Origin: a virus
Virus record (IMG/VR): IMGVR_UViG_3300042888_001055
Reading direction: 5' to 3' (one strand)
DNA length: 64,000 bases
The translations under genes and the position numbers were made by a program. Each line of letters begins with the position of its first letter. Position 1 is the first letter of the stretch. This document shows positions 45,841-54,723 of the stretch, one piece after another. Under the pieces are notes generated by a model. That model was not told the DNA's origin. It saw only the letters and a program-made list of their open reading frames with translations, and ran no database searches.

Positions 45841-46434
45841 CTATATCTCATCTTTATACCTGATCATCTTATTTAATATATCAAACTTAGTACCAAATCC
45901 ATATGTAATAAGATATCTAGGTATATCTAGTTTACCCTCGACTGCATGAATTTGATTAGTATTTAATAAGTACCCAAACCCTTCTTCAACTATATAGGAA
46001 CTATGATTATTTTCAAAGTTTTCATAAACACCGTCATTACTTATTTTAGTGATTGCTGTAGAACTATTTTTAATCCCTATATTAATACATGAGTATCTCC
46101 CGGCTTCATCTCTATGAGGTATAATATTACCTAAGGTACGTATTAAATGAACTCTTTCTATAGTAGGTGGAGAATTATTTGGGAGAACAGTGGTCAATAC
46201 TTCTATCACTTTGTTAACCATTTGAGATAATATCGGGTGCTTAAATGTATGCCGAGTAAATGCAATTGATCCTATTATAGATCCTTCATTTCTATATTCC
46301 ATCCAGCACGGGTAGTCGGGTATTACAAAATCTCCACCATATTTATGAATAACAGTTTCTAGTTTTTCTGCTTCATCAACATATATTTGAAAATCGTTTG
46401 GATTAATTAATTTACCTAGAGGTATAATGTTCAT
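45841..46434 (-). CDS. Cupin / Fe(II)-2OG oxygenase-like protein
   Basis: PHRDE...INI...IHAVEG...RY. Confidence 0.65.
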   Translation of the reverse strand: MNIIPLGKLINPNDFQIYVDEAEKLETVIHKYGGDFVIPDYPCWMEYRNEGSIIGSIAFTRHTFKHPILSQMVNKVIEVLTTVLPNNSPPTIERVHLIRTLGNIIPHRDEAGRYSCINIGIKNSSTAITKISNDGVYENFENNHSSYIVEEGFGYLLNTNQIHAVEGKLDIPRYLITYGFGTKFDILNKMIRYKDEI

Positions 46435-46970
46435 TTTTGATACTCTGCCACGTATTGTTCTGTATAGTAGATTGTTTTCTTTCCAATTGGTTTAAAATTT
46501 CGATATATGTCAGGCCAATCATTAAATAATCCACCTGCTTTACCTTGTTCCACTCTAACAAACCATTCGTAAATCTTTTTATTGTATTCATTACATGTAA
46601 ACCATATATGTTTGTAATCTTTTACTTCTGCTAAGGCTAATGGTAGAATATTATTAGCTATATGATAGTTCATTCTAAACTTGGGTATAGTATACATACG
46701 TGTTAACATTAATGCAATATTATTGTCTAAATCATATTCATTCCATCCTGCACTAGCAATATAATTACCATCTTCCTCTATAATATAGTATTTACCCTGC
46801 CCTAATTTATATCTTCCGGACTTTAATGTATTAAACAAATTACCCGGAGTACTTTCATAATCCGGGTGATAGTTAGTAACATAACTTTCTTTATCAATGT
46901 GTGATAAACCTTGTTTTAATAAAGTTATTACACGTTGATTATTTAGGCCATGTATTTCATGCACGATCAT
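46431..46970 (-). CDS. GNAT-like acetyltransferase
   Basis: YIASAGW...LTRMYTIPKFR. Confidence 0.6.
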   Translation of the reverse strand: MIVHEIHGLNNQRVITLLKQGLSHIDKESYVTNYHPDYESTPGNLFNTLKSGRYKLGQGKYYIIEEDGNYIASAGWNEYDLDNNIALMLTRMYTIPKFRMNYHIANNILPLALAEVKDYKHIWFTCNEYNKKIYEWFVRVEQGKAGGLFNDWPDIYRNFKPIGKKTIYYTEQYVAEYQK

Positions 46971-47099
46971 TTATAATGTTTCGTAGTCTACTTTAAAACC
47001 ACCGCACTCTGGACAAGGAAAATCTTCTGGTAGATCATCCCATTTACCTTCTGTTTCTTCATCGTGAACATGTCCACAAATTACACATACATGATCCAT
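46971..47099 (-). CDS. Rubredoxin (42 aa)
   Basis: MDHVCVICGH...WDDLPEDFPCPECG; not in ORF track; TAATG-coupled to rubrerythrin. Confidence 0.9.
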   Translation of the reverse strand: MDHVCVICGHVHDEETEGKWDDLPEDFPCPECGGFKVDYETL

Positions 47100-47563
47100 T
47101 ATTCTGCTCCCTTTGTTAATTCATCTAATTTAGCTTGATATGCTTCAGCATGGCGCTTCTCTACTTTAGCAAGAGCCGCAAAACGTTTTTCAGCTTTCTT
47201 TAGTATTTCTTGGAACTCACTAGCATGACGCTGTGATTCTTCAATCTGATGTTGTGCTTCTTTGGCTGCACCTAGATTACCTTCAAATTCAGCAATCTCA
47301 CGGAACTCTGGGTACATAATCTGATACTCATAAGTCTCACCCTCAATAGCCATCTCTAAACATTGTTTAGTATCTGGTTTCTTAATAAGTAATTCTAAAT
47401 GACCCCATGCATGTAATAATTCTTGGTCTGCTGTATGCTCAAAATGTTTTGCAATATCTTCATGCCCCTCAGCACGTGCAATTTTTGCAAAATATTTATA
47501 TTTTACATGTGCCTGGCTTTCACCGGCTAGTGCCCCTTGTAGGCTAGTTATAGTTTCTGACAT
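47099..47563 (-). CDS. Rubrerythrin (short, ferritin-like)
   Basis: AGESQA..KY..FA..A..EG...E..HA...GETYE...MYP...E..HA. Confidence 0.9.
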   Translation of the reverse strand: MSETITSLQGALAGESQAHVKYKYFAKIARAEGHEDIAKHFEHTADQELLHAWGHLELLIKKPDTKQCLEMAIEGETYEYQIMYPEFREIAEFEGNLGAAKEAQHQIEESQRHASEFQEILKKAEKRFAALAKVEKRHAEAYQAKLDELTKGAE

Positions 47564-47584
47564 AGTTTCTCCTTTGTGTGTATA

Positions 47585-47887
47585 TCATTCATCAGATGGT
47601 ATTAAACCATTACTGTGTTTATCTGTTGTTTTTTCAACATCCTGAAACAAACGTTTCTCTTGTGCTGTTAATGTATCTTTATGTGATCTGCGTGGGTTAC
47701 CGCATAAGGGACATTGTGGGTTACCACAATCCATAACATGATGTTTAGCTAACCGATGTGGTTCTTTTATTACTTTATCTTTGTTAGATAATCCGTGTGC
47801 TTTTGCTATCTTAACTTGTTTCTTAACTGCTAGTTCGTCACGATGACGGCGTTGTGAGTTTAAAAATTTTGCTAATTCATTGGCCAT
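47585..47887 (-). CDS. Hypothetical protein with CxxxxCxxC motif
   Basis: CGNPQCPLCGNPRR. Confidence 0.7.
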   Translation of the reverse strand: MANELAKFLNSQRRHRDELAVKKQVKIAKAHGLSNKDKVIKEPHRLAKHHVMDCGNPQCPLCGNPRRSHKDTLTAQEKRLFQDVEKTTDKHSNGLIPSDE

Positions 47888-48266
47888 TATATCTCTTTCT
47901 ATAATCTTCTACTGCGGCTTTGATGGCGTCTTCGGCGAGGATACTGCAGTGGATTTTGACTGGGGGGAGGCTGAGTTCGTCGGCAATATGGGAGTTTTTA
48001 ATGGATGTTGCTTCATCCAATGTTTTACCCTTGACCCAGTCTGTGACAAGACTTGAAGAAGCAATTGCCGACCCACACCCATATGTTTTAAATTTGGCAT
48101 CTGTTATAATTCCTGTTTCTTTATTTACTTTAATTTGTAATTTCATTACATCACCGCATGCAGGTGCGCCAACCATACCAGTACCAATACCAGTATCACT
48201 CTTATCAAAAGATCCGACATTCCTGGGATTTTCATAGTGGTCAATAACTTGTGCGCTATAAGCCAT
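47877..48266 (-). CDS. iscU: Fe-S scaffold IscU
   Basis: YENPRNVGS, GAPACGDVM, KTYGCGSAIAS, LPPVKIHCS. Confidence 0.97.
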   Translation of the reverse strand: MAYSAQVIDHYENPRNVGSFDKSDTGIGTGMVGAPACGDVMKLQIKVNKETGIITDAKFKTYGCGSAIASSSLVTDWVKGKTLDEATSIKNSHIADELSLPPVKIHCSILAEDAIKAAVEDYRKRYNGQ

Positions 48267-48269
48267 ATA

Positions 48270-48386
48270 TTAATCCTTTTTGAACATAGTCAAAATCTTT
48301 GCTTGTATATTCTTTGCAAACTGAGGCTGCGGGAAATTCCAACCAATAAATGCACCTAGTGCTAACCAAAATAACGTTTCTAACAT
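48270..48386 (-). CDS. Small membrane protein (38 aa)
   Basis: MLETLFWLALGAFIGWNFPQP; SD AAGGAG. Confidence 0.6.
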   Translation of the reverse strand: MLETLFWLALGAFIGWNFPQPQFAKNIQAKILTMFKKD

Positions 48387-48414
48387 AATATATTCTCCTT
48401 GTATGTTATTGTAT

Positions 48415-48975
48415 TTAGTCGTTAGGATCATCTATTACAATCCAACCTAATTTTAACAAATCTTCTCGTATTTCAACTGTTACAACACTTTCTGGAACAA
48501 ACTTCTTACATTGTATGTAATATTCTTGTTGTTCTTTAGTTAATGCTTGATATTCATCATCATCTAGTATCTTAGTATCTCTGATACCAGAGCAATACCA
48601 ATCAATGTAGTCACCCTTCTCTTGCATATCAGCAACAATACCACCAGCATGTCTCCAACTACAACTCCACTTTTTCTCAGTTAGTATGGGCCATACATCA
48701 TTTTTAGTAAAATCATTGTTACACATGGAAGCATAAAGATGTTGAGCATAAACATCATCAGCCTTAGTTTTATCAATTATCCATTGAGTACTACGTAAGT
48801 CATACTCCATGTTGTCTTTTTGCCACTCAGGATCTACTATGTTGGCTTCATCTTGTTCTTTGGCTGTTTTCCACATGTTAATGTAAGTTTCAGGAAGTTC
48901 TTTACCATCTTCTTCTGCACGTTTCTTTGCACCTTCAAGTTGGAATGTATGACGGTTTGGACTACTACTTATCAT
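48415..48975 (-). CDS. Conserved hypothetical phage protein
   Basis: WSCSWRHAGG...DYIDWYCSG. Confidence 0.75.
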   Translation of the reverse strand: MISSSPNRHTFQLEGAKKRAEEDGKELPETYINMWKTAKEQDEANIVDPEWQKDNMEYDLRSTQWIIDKTKADDVYAQHLYASMCNNDFTKNDVWPILTEKKWSCSWRHAGGIVADMQEKGDYIDWYCSGIRDTKILDDDEYQALTKEQQEYYIQCKKFVPESVVTVEIREDLLKLGWIVIDDPND

Positions 48976-49441
48976 CTTCTACCTCTATCCAAGTGTGATC
49001 GCCTAACCATTTAACTCTACAAATATATTCGTACTGTTCAGGGGCAGTACCCGACCAATCATTGGGTCCATGAATACTTAATCTAGTAAACTGTTTCAAT
49101 GTATCAAACAACAACCAATAGATATTACCATTTGCCAATTGAAAATCGTATTTTGCGGCATGAATCATATCAGTCAAATCTAATCTATGTTTAATCTGTT
49201 CTGCTTGTTTCTGTAATACAGTTACTAGTTCCATGATTCTATCATATTCTTGTTTAGCATGTAGTCTAGCAACATTAAGCATAATATCTTTATGCTTCTC
49301 TACAGGAACTAAATCAAACTTGGGTCCACTACTTTCTGTGGGATAAGGTGTTACATTACGATTAAAGAAATGTATCAATGATCCACTAGTGGTGGAATCA
49401 TAACTGCTAACACCATTTGCTGAATTTGGTTTGTCTGACAT
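48965..49441 (-). CDS. DUF2452-like protein
   Basis: A.Y.F....G.IY.L...LSIHGPNDW. Confidence 0.55.
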   Translation of the reverse strand: MSDKPNSANGVSSYDSTTSGSLIHFFNRNVTPYPTESSGPKFDLVPVEKHKDIMLNVARLHAKQEYDRIMELVTVLQKQAEQIKHRLDLTDMIHAAKYDFQLANGNIYWLLFDTLKQFTRLSIHGPNDWSGTAPEQYEYICRVKWLGDHTWIEVEDDK

Positions 49442-49447
49442 TAGATA

Positions 49448-50041
49448 TTATATATCATTTTCTGATTTAACTGTAATCTTTTGGGTAGGCTTTTTAGCCT
49501 TACTATAGAATATGTGATTGCCAATCTTTGCTACTTGTTTATAAGGCCATAATGGATCTACACTTAAATTGTGAAAAAATAATGTTGATTTTGGCACTAC
49601 ATCAGTATACGCATCATGTGCTAGTACATCATATGCTACCTGTTCTGCTTGTTTATATCTTGCGCTGTTTTTATTGGGATCATTTTTCCCCTCACATACC
49701 CAACTAAACTGACATAGTTTTACCTTTTGCATTTCATCGTCTATAATTTTATCTACATATGATGCTTGATATATTACAGCGCAGGGATCTTTGCCAAATC
49801 CATGTGCTATTCTATTCATTACCACACGTGCTACTGCCGCTTGCCCATTTAATGATTCACCACCTGCTTCATAAAATATATTCTTGGCCATACATGTTAA
49901 TTGCTTTGGATCTACCGTTTTTGCAACTTTGGGTTCTTCTACAGGTTTAGGTTCTGTTGATGTTGTCAATTGGTCAAACGTTAGAACCACTGTTATAAGT
50001 ATTAATACTATTAAAATTTTAATAGGTTGGATTAAATTCAT
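49448..50041 (-). CDS. SleB-like cell wall hydrolase (Hydrolase_2)
   Basis: CMAKNIFYEAGGE...AVARVVMNR...CQFSW...IGNHIFY. Confidence 0.9.
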   Translation of the reverse strand: MNLIQPIKILIVLILITVVLTFDQLTTSTEPKPVEEPKVAKTVDPKQLTCMAKNIFYEAGGESLNGQAAVARVVMNRIAHGFGKDPCAVIYQASYVDKIIDDEMQKVKLCQFSWVCEGKNDPNKNSARYKQAEQVAYDVLAHDAYTDVVPKSTLFFHNLSVDPLWPYKQVAKIGNHIFYSKAKKPTQKITVKSENDI

Positions 50042-50077
50042 AATTTATCCTTTCTGCTTATTTCTAAGCTATGAAAT

Positions 50078-51658
50078 TTAGATGTTATCCCAGCAGTCGC
50101 AATTGCAACGAATTACTTCGTCTATTGCTTCTGGTACGGAATATGTTGCAGGTAACAGTATATCAGATGCATATATTACTGATAACTGAGGTGGTATTAG
50201 ATTACGATACCTTGATCCTGCAAAACTGCCCGGCTCAACTGCTTCGCCGGTGTCTATTGCTACACCGTCACTATAATAACGGTCATCAACTGGATCATAA
50301 TATCCTAGAGGAGTAGGTGATCCAATTTCGGTTGCTAATGTTGCTGGAATACTACCACCCAACGTTCCATTAGCTATTAACTCTGACTCTTGTTGTTTAG
50401 TTAATTTGTTATCTATGTTGTTGTCTACTGGTATACCCGCTTCTTGCAATCTAGCTTGATTGCGAGATTCACGTAACATTGCTACCAGACTTTGTCCGCC
50501 CACTGTATTGTAATTAGCAATAGCTTCTAATGTTTGTGAATACATATGTGGCTGTGTAAATGTAGCATAACGAGGTATAGTATCTACGAAAGCATACTGT
50601 GTTGCAGGAAATGTTGCTATTGTTGGTTCTCTTAAGTTATCCGGAGAACTATTGGGTACTCTAATTGACATACCTGTAAAAATTGCACGTTGTTCAGTTG
50701 ACAGTATTGTTCCAGTTAACTCCCAATTAGTAATTAATCGTTGTGCAGTTGCTGGATTATTATTTTTAATTGATAGTATCTCTGCATTGGCAGCATCAAT
50801 GTAACCTTGAACAATCGTATTATCAAAACTTGAACCGCCCGGGGGATATGCAATTGATATCGTAGGAACGGATGAAGTTGTTCCAGCTGTAAAGTTCAAT
50901 GCAGTAACTTTACCAAAATTTGTAATGTCAGTGTCATCGGTTCCTATAGTAGCAGTAACAGTAGCGCCGTTAACTGTAACTACAGGTGCGGCTGCCCCCT
51001 CACGTCCATATCCACCACCTGGATCAGTAAGTGTTACACCTGTAGTAGTGTATGTGCTTATACCATCATATGTATATTGTATTGATGCGGTAGCACGTTC
51101 CCATGTTACTGCTAGATATAATTGCTTATAAATGTTAAGTAGTGTACTTGTTTGTAAATTCTTTGTTAGTCCGTCAATATCTATACCAAGATAAGGTAAT
51201 CCACTCATACATCCTAAGAAATTACTCATAGTATATGTACCATACGGACCATTACCCAATGCAATTAATGCTAATCCTTGACTTGCTAGTGTAGTATCAG
51301 TTGGAACATTAGTGCCATTAACGTTCAAATTTTTAATTGTTTCTAAACTATTAACTACTTGTGCAAACTTTTCAATTGGTACACTAGAAATGTTTTTAAT
51401 CTGTTGCATTGACACACTAAAGCAACCGGCAGCTTTAGCAATATCAGGTGGTAATATACCATCTAAATATGCACCAAACCCTTGTGGTATAGCTTGTATT
51501 GTTAATATATTAGATTGAGTACCTTCAGGCGTAATCTGTTCTGTACTAGATTGAGCAACATTTGTATTAGGACTAGTAGTTTCATATGCATTACTAGCAG
51601 GAGCATCCATATCATTGCGCTCTGATACTACTCTAAGATTTTGAAAGAAGCCAGCCAT
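50078..51658 (-). CDS. Putative structural (baseplate-region) protein
   Basis: 526 aa, in operon with PAAR. Confidence 0.6.
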   Translation of the reverse strand: MAGFFQNLRVVSERNDMDAPASNAYETTSPNTNVAQSSTEQITPEGTQSNILTIQAIPQGFGAYLDGILPPDIAKAAGCFSVSMQQIKNISSVPIEKFAQVVNSLETIKNLNVNGTNVPTDTTLASQGLALIALGNGPYGTYTMSNFLGCMSGLPYLGIDIDGLTKNLQTSTLLNIYKQLYLAVTWERATASIQYTYDGISTYTTTGVTLTDPGGGYGREGAAAPVVTVNGATVTATIGTDDTDITNFGKVTALNFTAGTTSSVPTISIAYPPGGSSFDNTIVQGYIDAANAEILSIKNNNPATAQRLITNWELTGTILSTEQRAIFTGMSIRVPNSSPDNLREPTIATFPATQYAFVDTIPRYATFTQPHMYSQTLEAIANYNTVGGQSLVAMLRESRNQARLQEAGIPVDNNIDNKLTKQQESELIANGTLGGSIPATLATEIGSPTPLGYYDPVDDRYYSDGVAIDTGEAVEPGSFAGSRYRNLIPPQLSVIYASDILLPATYSVPEAIDEVIRCNCDCWDNI

Positions 51659-51663
51659 TATAA

Positions 51664-52785
51664 TTAACTCCCTATACCGGTAGCTGATGTACCACCTAAA
51701 GCACGACCAACTGATTGACTAGTTGCTGTAGGTGATCTTAACTGACTATTCAACCCATCATTCACGTATATAGGATAATATATTTTACTATTAGCTGGTC
51801 CACCTACTGTATTATAAACCGGAACTGTTAATGATGCATAACTATTAGGGAACAACTTTATTGGACTTAATAAATCAGCTAATGATTCTAAACCAGCTGT
51901 CTTGCAATTCAATGATACTAACACATCTTTCAAATCTTGTCCTAATATAATACCAAATGCCCCGTATATTTTACGTTCTTGTTCTTTGGTTACTGATGAT
52001 ATATTACCCAGCATTTGTTCTAACTCTGTTACAGTAATGTTACTTGCAATTAATGCAAGACTTACTGAAGAAGTAATACAATTGTTTTTCTGTAATGTAG
52101 ATAACAAGTTACTAGGTAAACCAAATGTTGCAATAGTTTGTAAATTTATCGCTTTGCCACTAGCAAGTAAATCTTGTCCAAATACAGTAGTTGCTACACT
52201 TACACCGGCAATATCACCTGTTATTAAATCGTTCATATTACTATATGTACCATCTAAAAATTCTTGTGAGTTATTTACTGCTAATATAGCATCATTACTA
52301 GATTCAATAAAACTATAAGATGACATAAAGCCTGATAAAAAGTCTTTGTATGCTCCACTATCGGCTGATAGTCCACTATTGTAATTAAATTCATTATATC
52401 CTTGTAATGCAAACAATCTTACATAACCCCAACGTGTTACTTCATTTGTATATGTATAGTTACTGGCCCAGTTAGGATATCCAGTCCAATCAAATGTTGA
52501 TGGTGGACTATTACCTAATGCAGGAATACTACTTGCCCCAATAGATATTAAATTATTATAGGTTGTACTATTAACTTGTCCTCTACCGTACGCATCATTA
52601 ATTGAATATGTAAGTAATCTTAAACAAGTTTCATTAACAATTTTACCTAATTGAGTAGCAGATGTTACACTGGTACTAGAGCCTGTAAAGGTTATCATAA
52701 TAGGATTAATATTAAATCCAATATTTTGTAATAGTGAACTTAATGTATTAACACCTAACGGGCTTTGTTTTCCTGTATCGCTCAT
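51664..52785 (-). CDS. Putative structural (baseplate-region) protein
   Basis: 373 aa, ATGA-coupled to PAAR gene. Confidence 0.6.
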   Translation of the reverse strand: MSDTGKQSPLGVNTLSSLLQNIGFNINPIMITFTGSSTSVTSATQLGKIVNETCLRLLTYSINDAYGRGQVNSTTYNNLISIGASSIPALGNSPPSTFDWTGYPNWASNYTYTNEVTRWGYVRLFALQGYNEFNYNSGLSADSGAYKDFLSGFMSSYSFIESSNDAILAVNNSQEFLDGTYSNMNDLITGDIAGVSVATTVFGQDLLASGKAINLQTIATFGLPSNLLSTLQKNNCITSSVSLALIASNITVTELEQMLGNISSVTKEQERKIYGAFGIILGQDLKDVLVSLNCKTAGLESLADLLSPIKLFPNSYASLTVPVYNTVGGPANSKIYYPIYVNDGLNSQLRSPTATSQSVGRALGGTSATGIGS

Positions 52786-53066
52786 GGAACAAAAACGTCA
52801 GGACTACCTTGTACGATACTATGACCGCAACTGTTTCCTGACCCTACTCTGAGTACTGGCACACCTTCACAAAACACAGTTGGACTACCATCTGTAGTTG
52901 TTGCCGCTTTATGAGGTGGATGGGGTTTTCTAGCCCAAGGAGCGTGTGGGGTAATCTGACTAACATGTAGCCCTACTTTAATTCCATTAGCAAATACAGT
53001 ATCGGCACCACGCATTATTGCGCCACCTTCTTGATTTGTATCACCTACACGACTTAGTTTTGCCAT
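52782..53066 (-). CDS. PAAR-type spike tip protein (T4 gp5.4-like)
   Basis: SRVGD...VFANG...PH...H...GSPTVF..G.PVLRVG...CGH...GSPDVF. Confidence 0.85.
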   Translation of the reverse strand: MAKLSRVGDTNQEGGAIMRGADTVFANGIKVGLHVSQITPHAPWARKPHPPHKAATTTDGSPTVFCEGVPVLRVGSGNSCGHSIVQGSPDVFVP

Positions 53067-53067
53067 T

Positions 53068-53373
53068 TTATCCCAATACAATTTTTTTACTAGGTACCTT
53101 AATGCCAGTTGTTGCTTCTAGGTACTTGTCTTTGATGTTATCATCTGTCTCTGCATACATTGCAACACTAGTAGTATTTAGCTTAAATTCACCCTTCGGA
53201 TTTGCGGTAAAGATACTTGGAATCATTTGCATACCCTGTTGACTTGGTGCAATAGATACTGGTTCTTCAATCTGAATAAACTCACTACCTGCTTGAATTA
53301 CTTTTGCAATTAATTCCTCGCCGGAATTAAGCTTAAATGTGTACACTGTGTTTGGTTGTATTGATATTTGCAT
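53068..53373 (-). CDS. Conserved hypothetical protein (Sm-like)
   Basis: FKLNSGEELIAKV. Confidence 0.7.
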   Translation of the reverse strand: MQISIQPNTVYTFKLNSGEELIAKVIQAGSEFIQIEEPVSIAPSQQGMQMIPSIFTANPKGEFKLNTTSVAMYAETDDNIKDKYLEATTGIKVPSKKIVLG

Positions 53374-53603
53374 TACGCTGCCTTTGTTAAAAATTGTTTA
53401 AGTTCATTGAATCCACCGATTAATTGTCCATCAATTATAATCTGTGGTACTGTTCTAGCTGATGGAATTTCTTCTAATAGTTCTTCTTTTGTATATCCGT
53501 CTCCGATTTTCTTTTCTTCAAACGGTATCTCTCGTTGACCCAACAATGCTTTTGCTTGATCGCAGTAGGGACAATGGTACTTTGACCAAATAATTGCCTT
53601 CAT
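53373..53603 (-). CDS. Glutaredoxin
   Basis: CPYC, TVPQI, IGGF; start MKAIIW with SD AAGGAG. Confidence 0.93.
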   Translation of the reverse strand: MKAIIWSKYHCPYCDQAKALLGQREIPFEEKKIGDGYTKEELLEEIPSARTVPQIIIDGQLIGGFNELKQFLTKAA

Positions 53604-53613
53604 TTTATTCTCC

Positions 53614-54714
53614 TTAAATATTTGGTAAGTCATCATAGTCTAATGATTCACTCATTACTCCTATAACGTAGTTTGTTGATTCAGTTTCCTGCAATGCAGA
53701 TTGTTTCTTACTTGTGTCACTATGTTTATTGAACCAAGGAATAGGTGTACTCTTTGGCGATGGACTATTATATCGTATGCCAATTTCTTTTAATGCACCT
53801 ACGGCCGTATAATCTACAAAGTCTTTTAATACTGTTGCATTTAATCCAATAACAGGGCCCATCTTAAATAGATAATCAGCCCAGTCTTTTTCTTCTTTAA
53901 TAACATCTAGGTATAGTTGATAGACTTCAACTTCGGATTCTGATTTAACTTGTGCAAAACGACTATCTTCTTTTACAACTTGATTAATAAGGTAAGCAGT
54001 CCAGCCTTTATGTAACAATTCATCTTGGAGAATTAAACTGATAATGTTACCATTACCAATAAAGATTTTGTTCTCAACCATTGCTAAACTAGTAGCAAAT
54101 GATACCATAAATCTAAATGCTTCCAATGCGTAACTAGCATGTAATGCCATGTAAATTGCTTTGATGTGTTCTTTCTCGTTTACATCTTGCCCTAACTCTT
54201 TGCGACAGTTAACTTTATGTAGTTCATCATAGTAAAGACCCACACTACTTGCCATGTCAACAATCTCTTTTGTATCATGTATTGTATTGAATACATCTTT
54301 GGGTACATTATATATGTTACGAATGATGTGACTGTATGACCTACTATGAATATTTGATTCAAAAAATCCCCAATTAAACATCAATGCTTCTAGTTCAGGT
54401 AAGGATACTACCGGAGTAAACACTTGAGTTGGACCTCTACCCTGTAAACTATCTAGTGCTGTTTGACGTAACAGATTACTAGTAAAGATATGTTTAACCG
54501 CATCTGATGCATCTTTGAAATCATTGGCATCTTTGGTTAATGAAATCTCTTCTGGAACCCAGAAGAAACCACGTGCCGTTGTTTCAAAGTCTGCAATCTT
54601 TTTATATTTCACCTCCTCAAACCTTTGAATGGTTACGGGACCTTCCGGGTCCAAAAACATTTTTCTATTCAAATAATCTGTCTTAGTGTGTAAGTTGTAT
54701 TGTTGTTTTGACAT
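53614..54714 (-). CDS. nrdB: Ribonucleotide reductase class Ia beta subunit
   Basis: FFWVPEEI, LDSLQG, ESNIHSRSY, LEAFRF.VSFA, DELLH. Confidence 0.96.
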   Translation of the reverse strand: MSKQQYNLHTKTDYLNRKMFLDPEGPVTIQRFEEVKYKKIADFETTARGFFWVPEEISLTKDANDFKDASDAVKHIFTSNLLRQTALDSLQGRGPTQVFTPVVSLPELEALMFNWGFFESNIHSRSYSHIIRNIYNVPKDVFNTIHDTKEIVDMASSVGLYYDELHKVNCRKELGQDVNEKEHIKAIYMALHASYALEAFRFMVSFATSLAMVENKIFIGNGNIISLILQDELLHKGWTAYLINQVVKEDSRFAQVKSESEVEVYQLYLDVIKEEKDWADYLFKMGPVIGLNATVLKDFVDYTAVGALKEIGIRYNSPSPKSTPIPWFNKHSDTSKKQSALQETESTNYVIGVMSESLDYDDLPNI

Positions 54715-54723
54715 TGTTTTTCC

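Noticed and set aside
35045-46970. Lasso peptide/RiPP cluster (asparagine-synthetase-like plus radical SAM)
   Set aside because: No precursor peptide, RRE/PqqD or B-protease seen in the cluster
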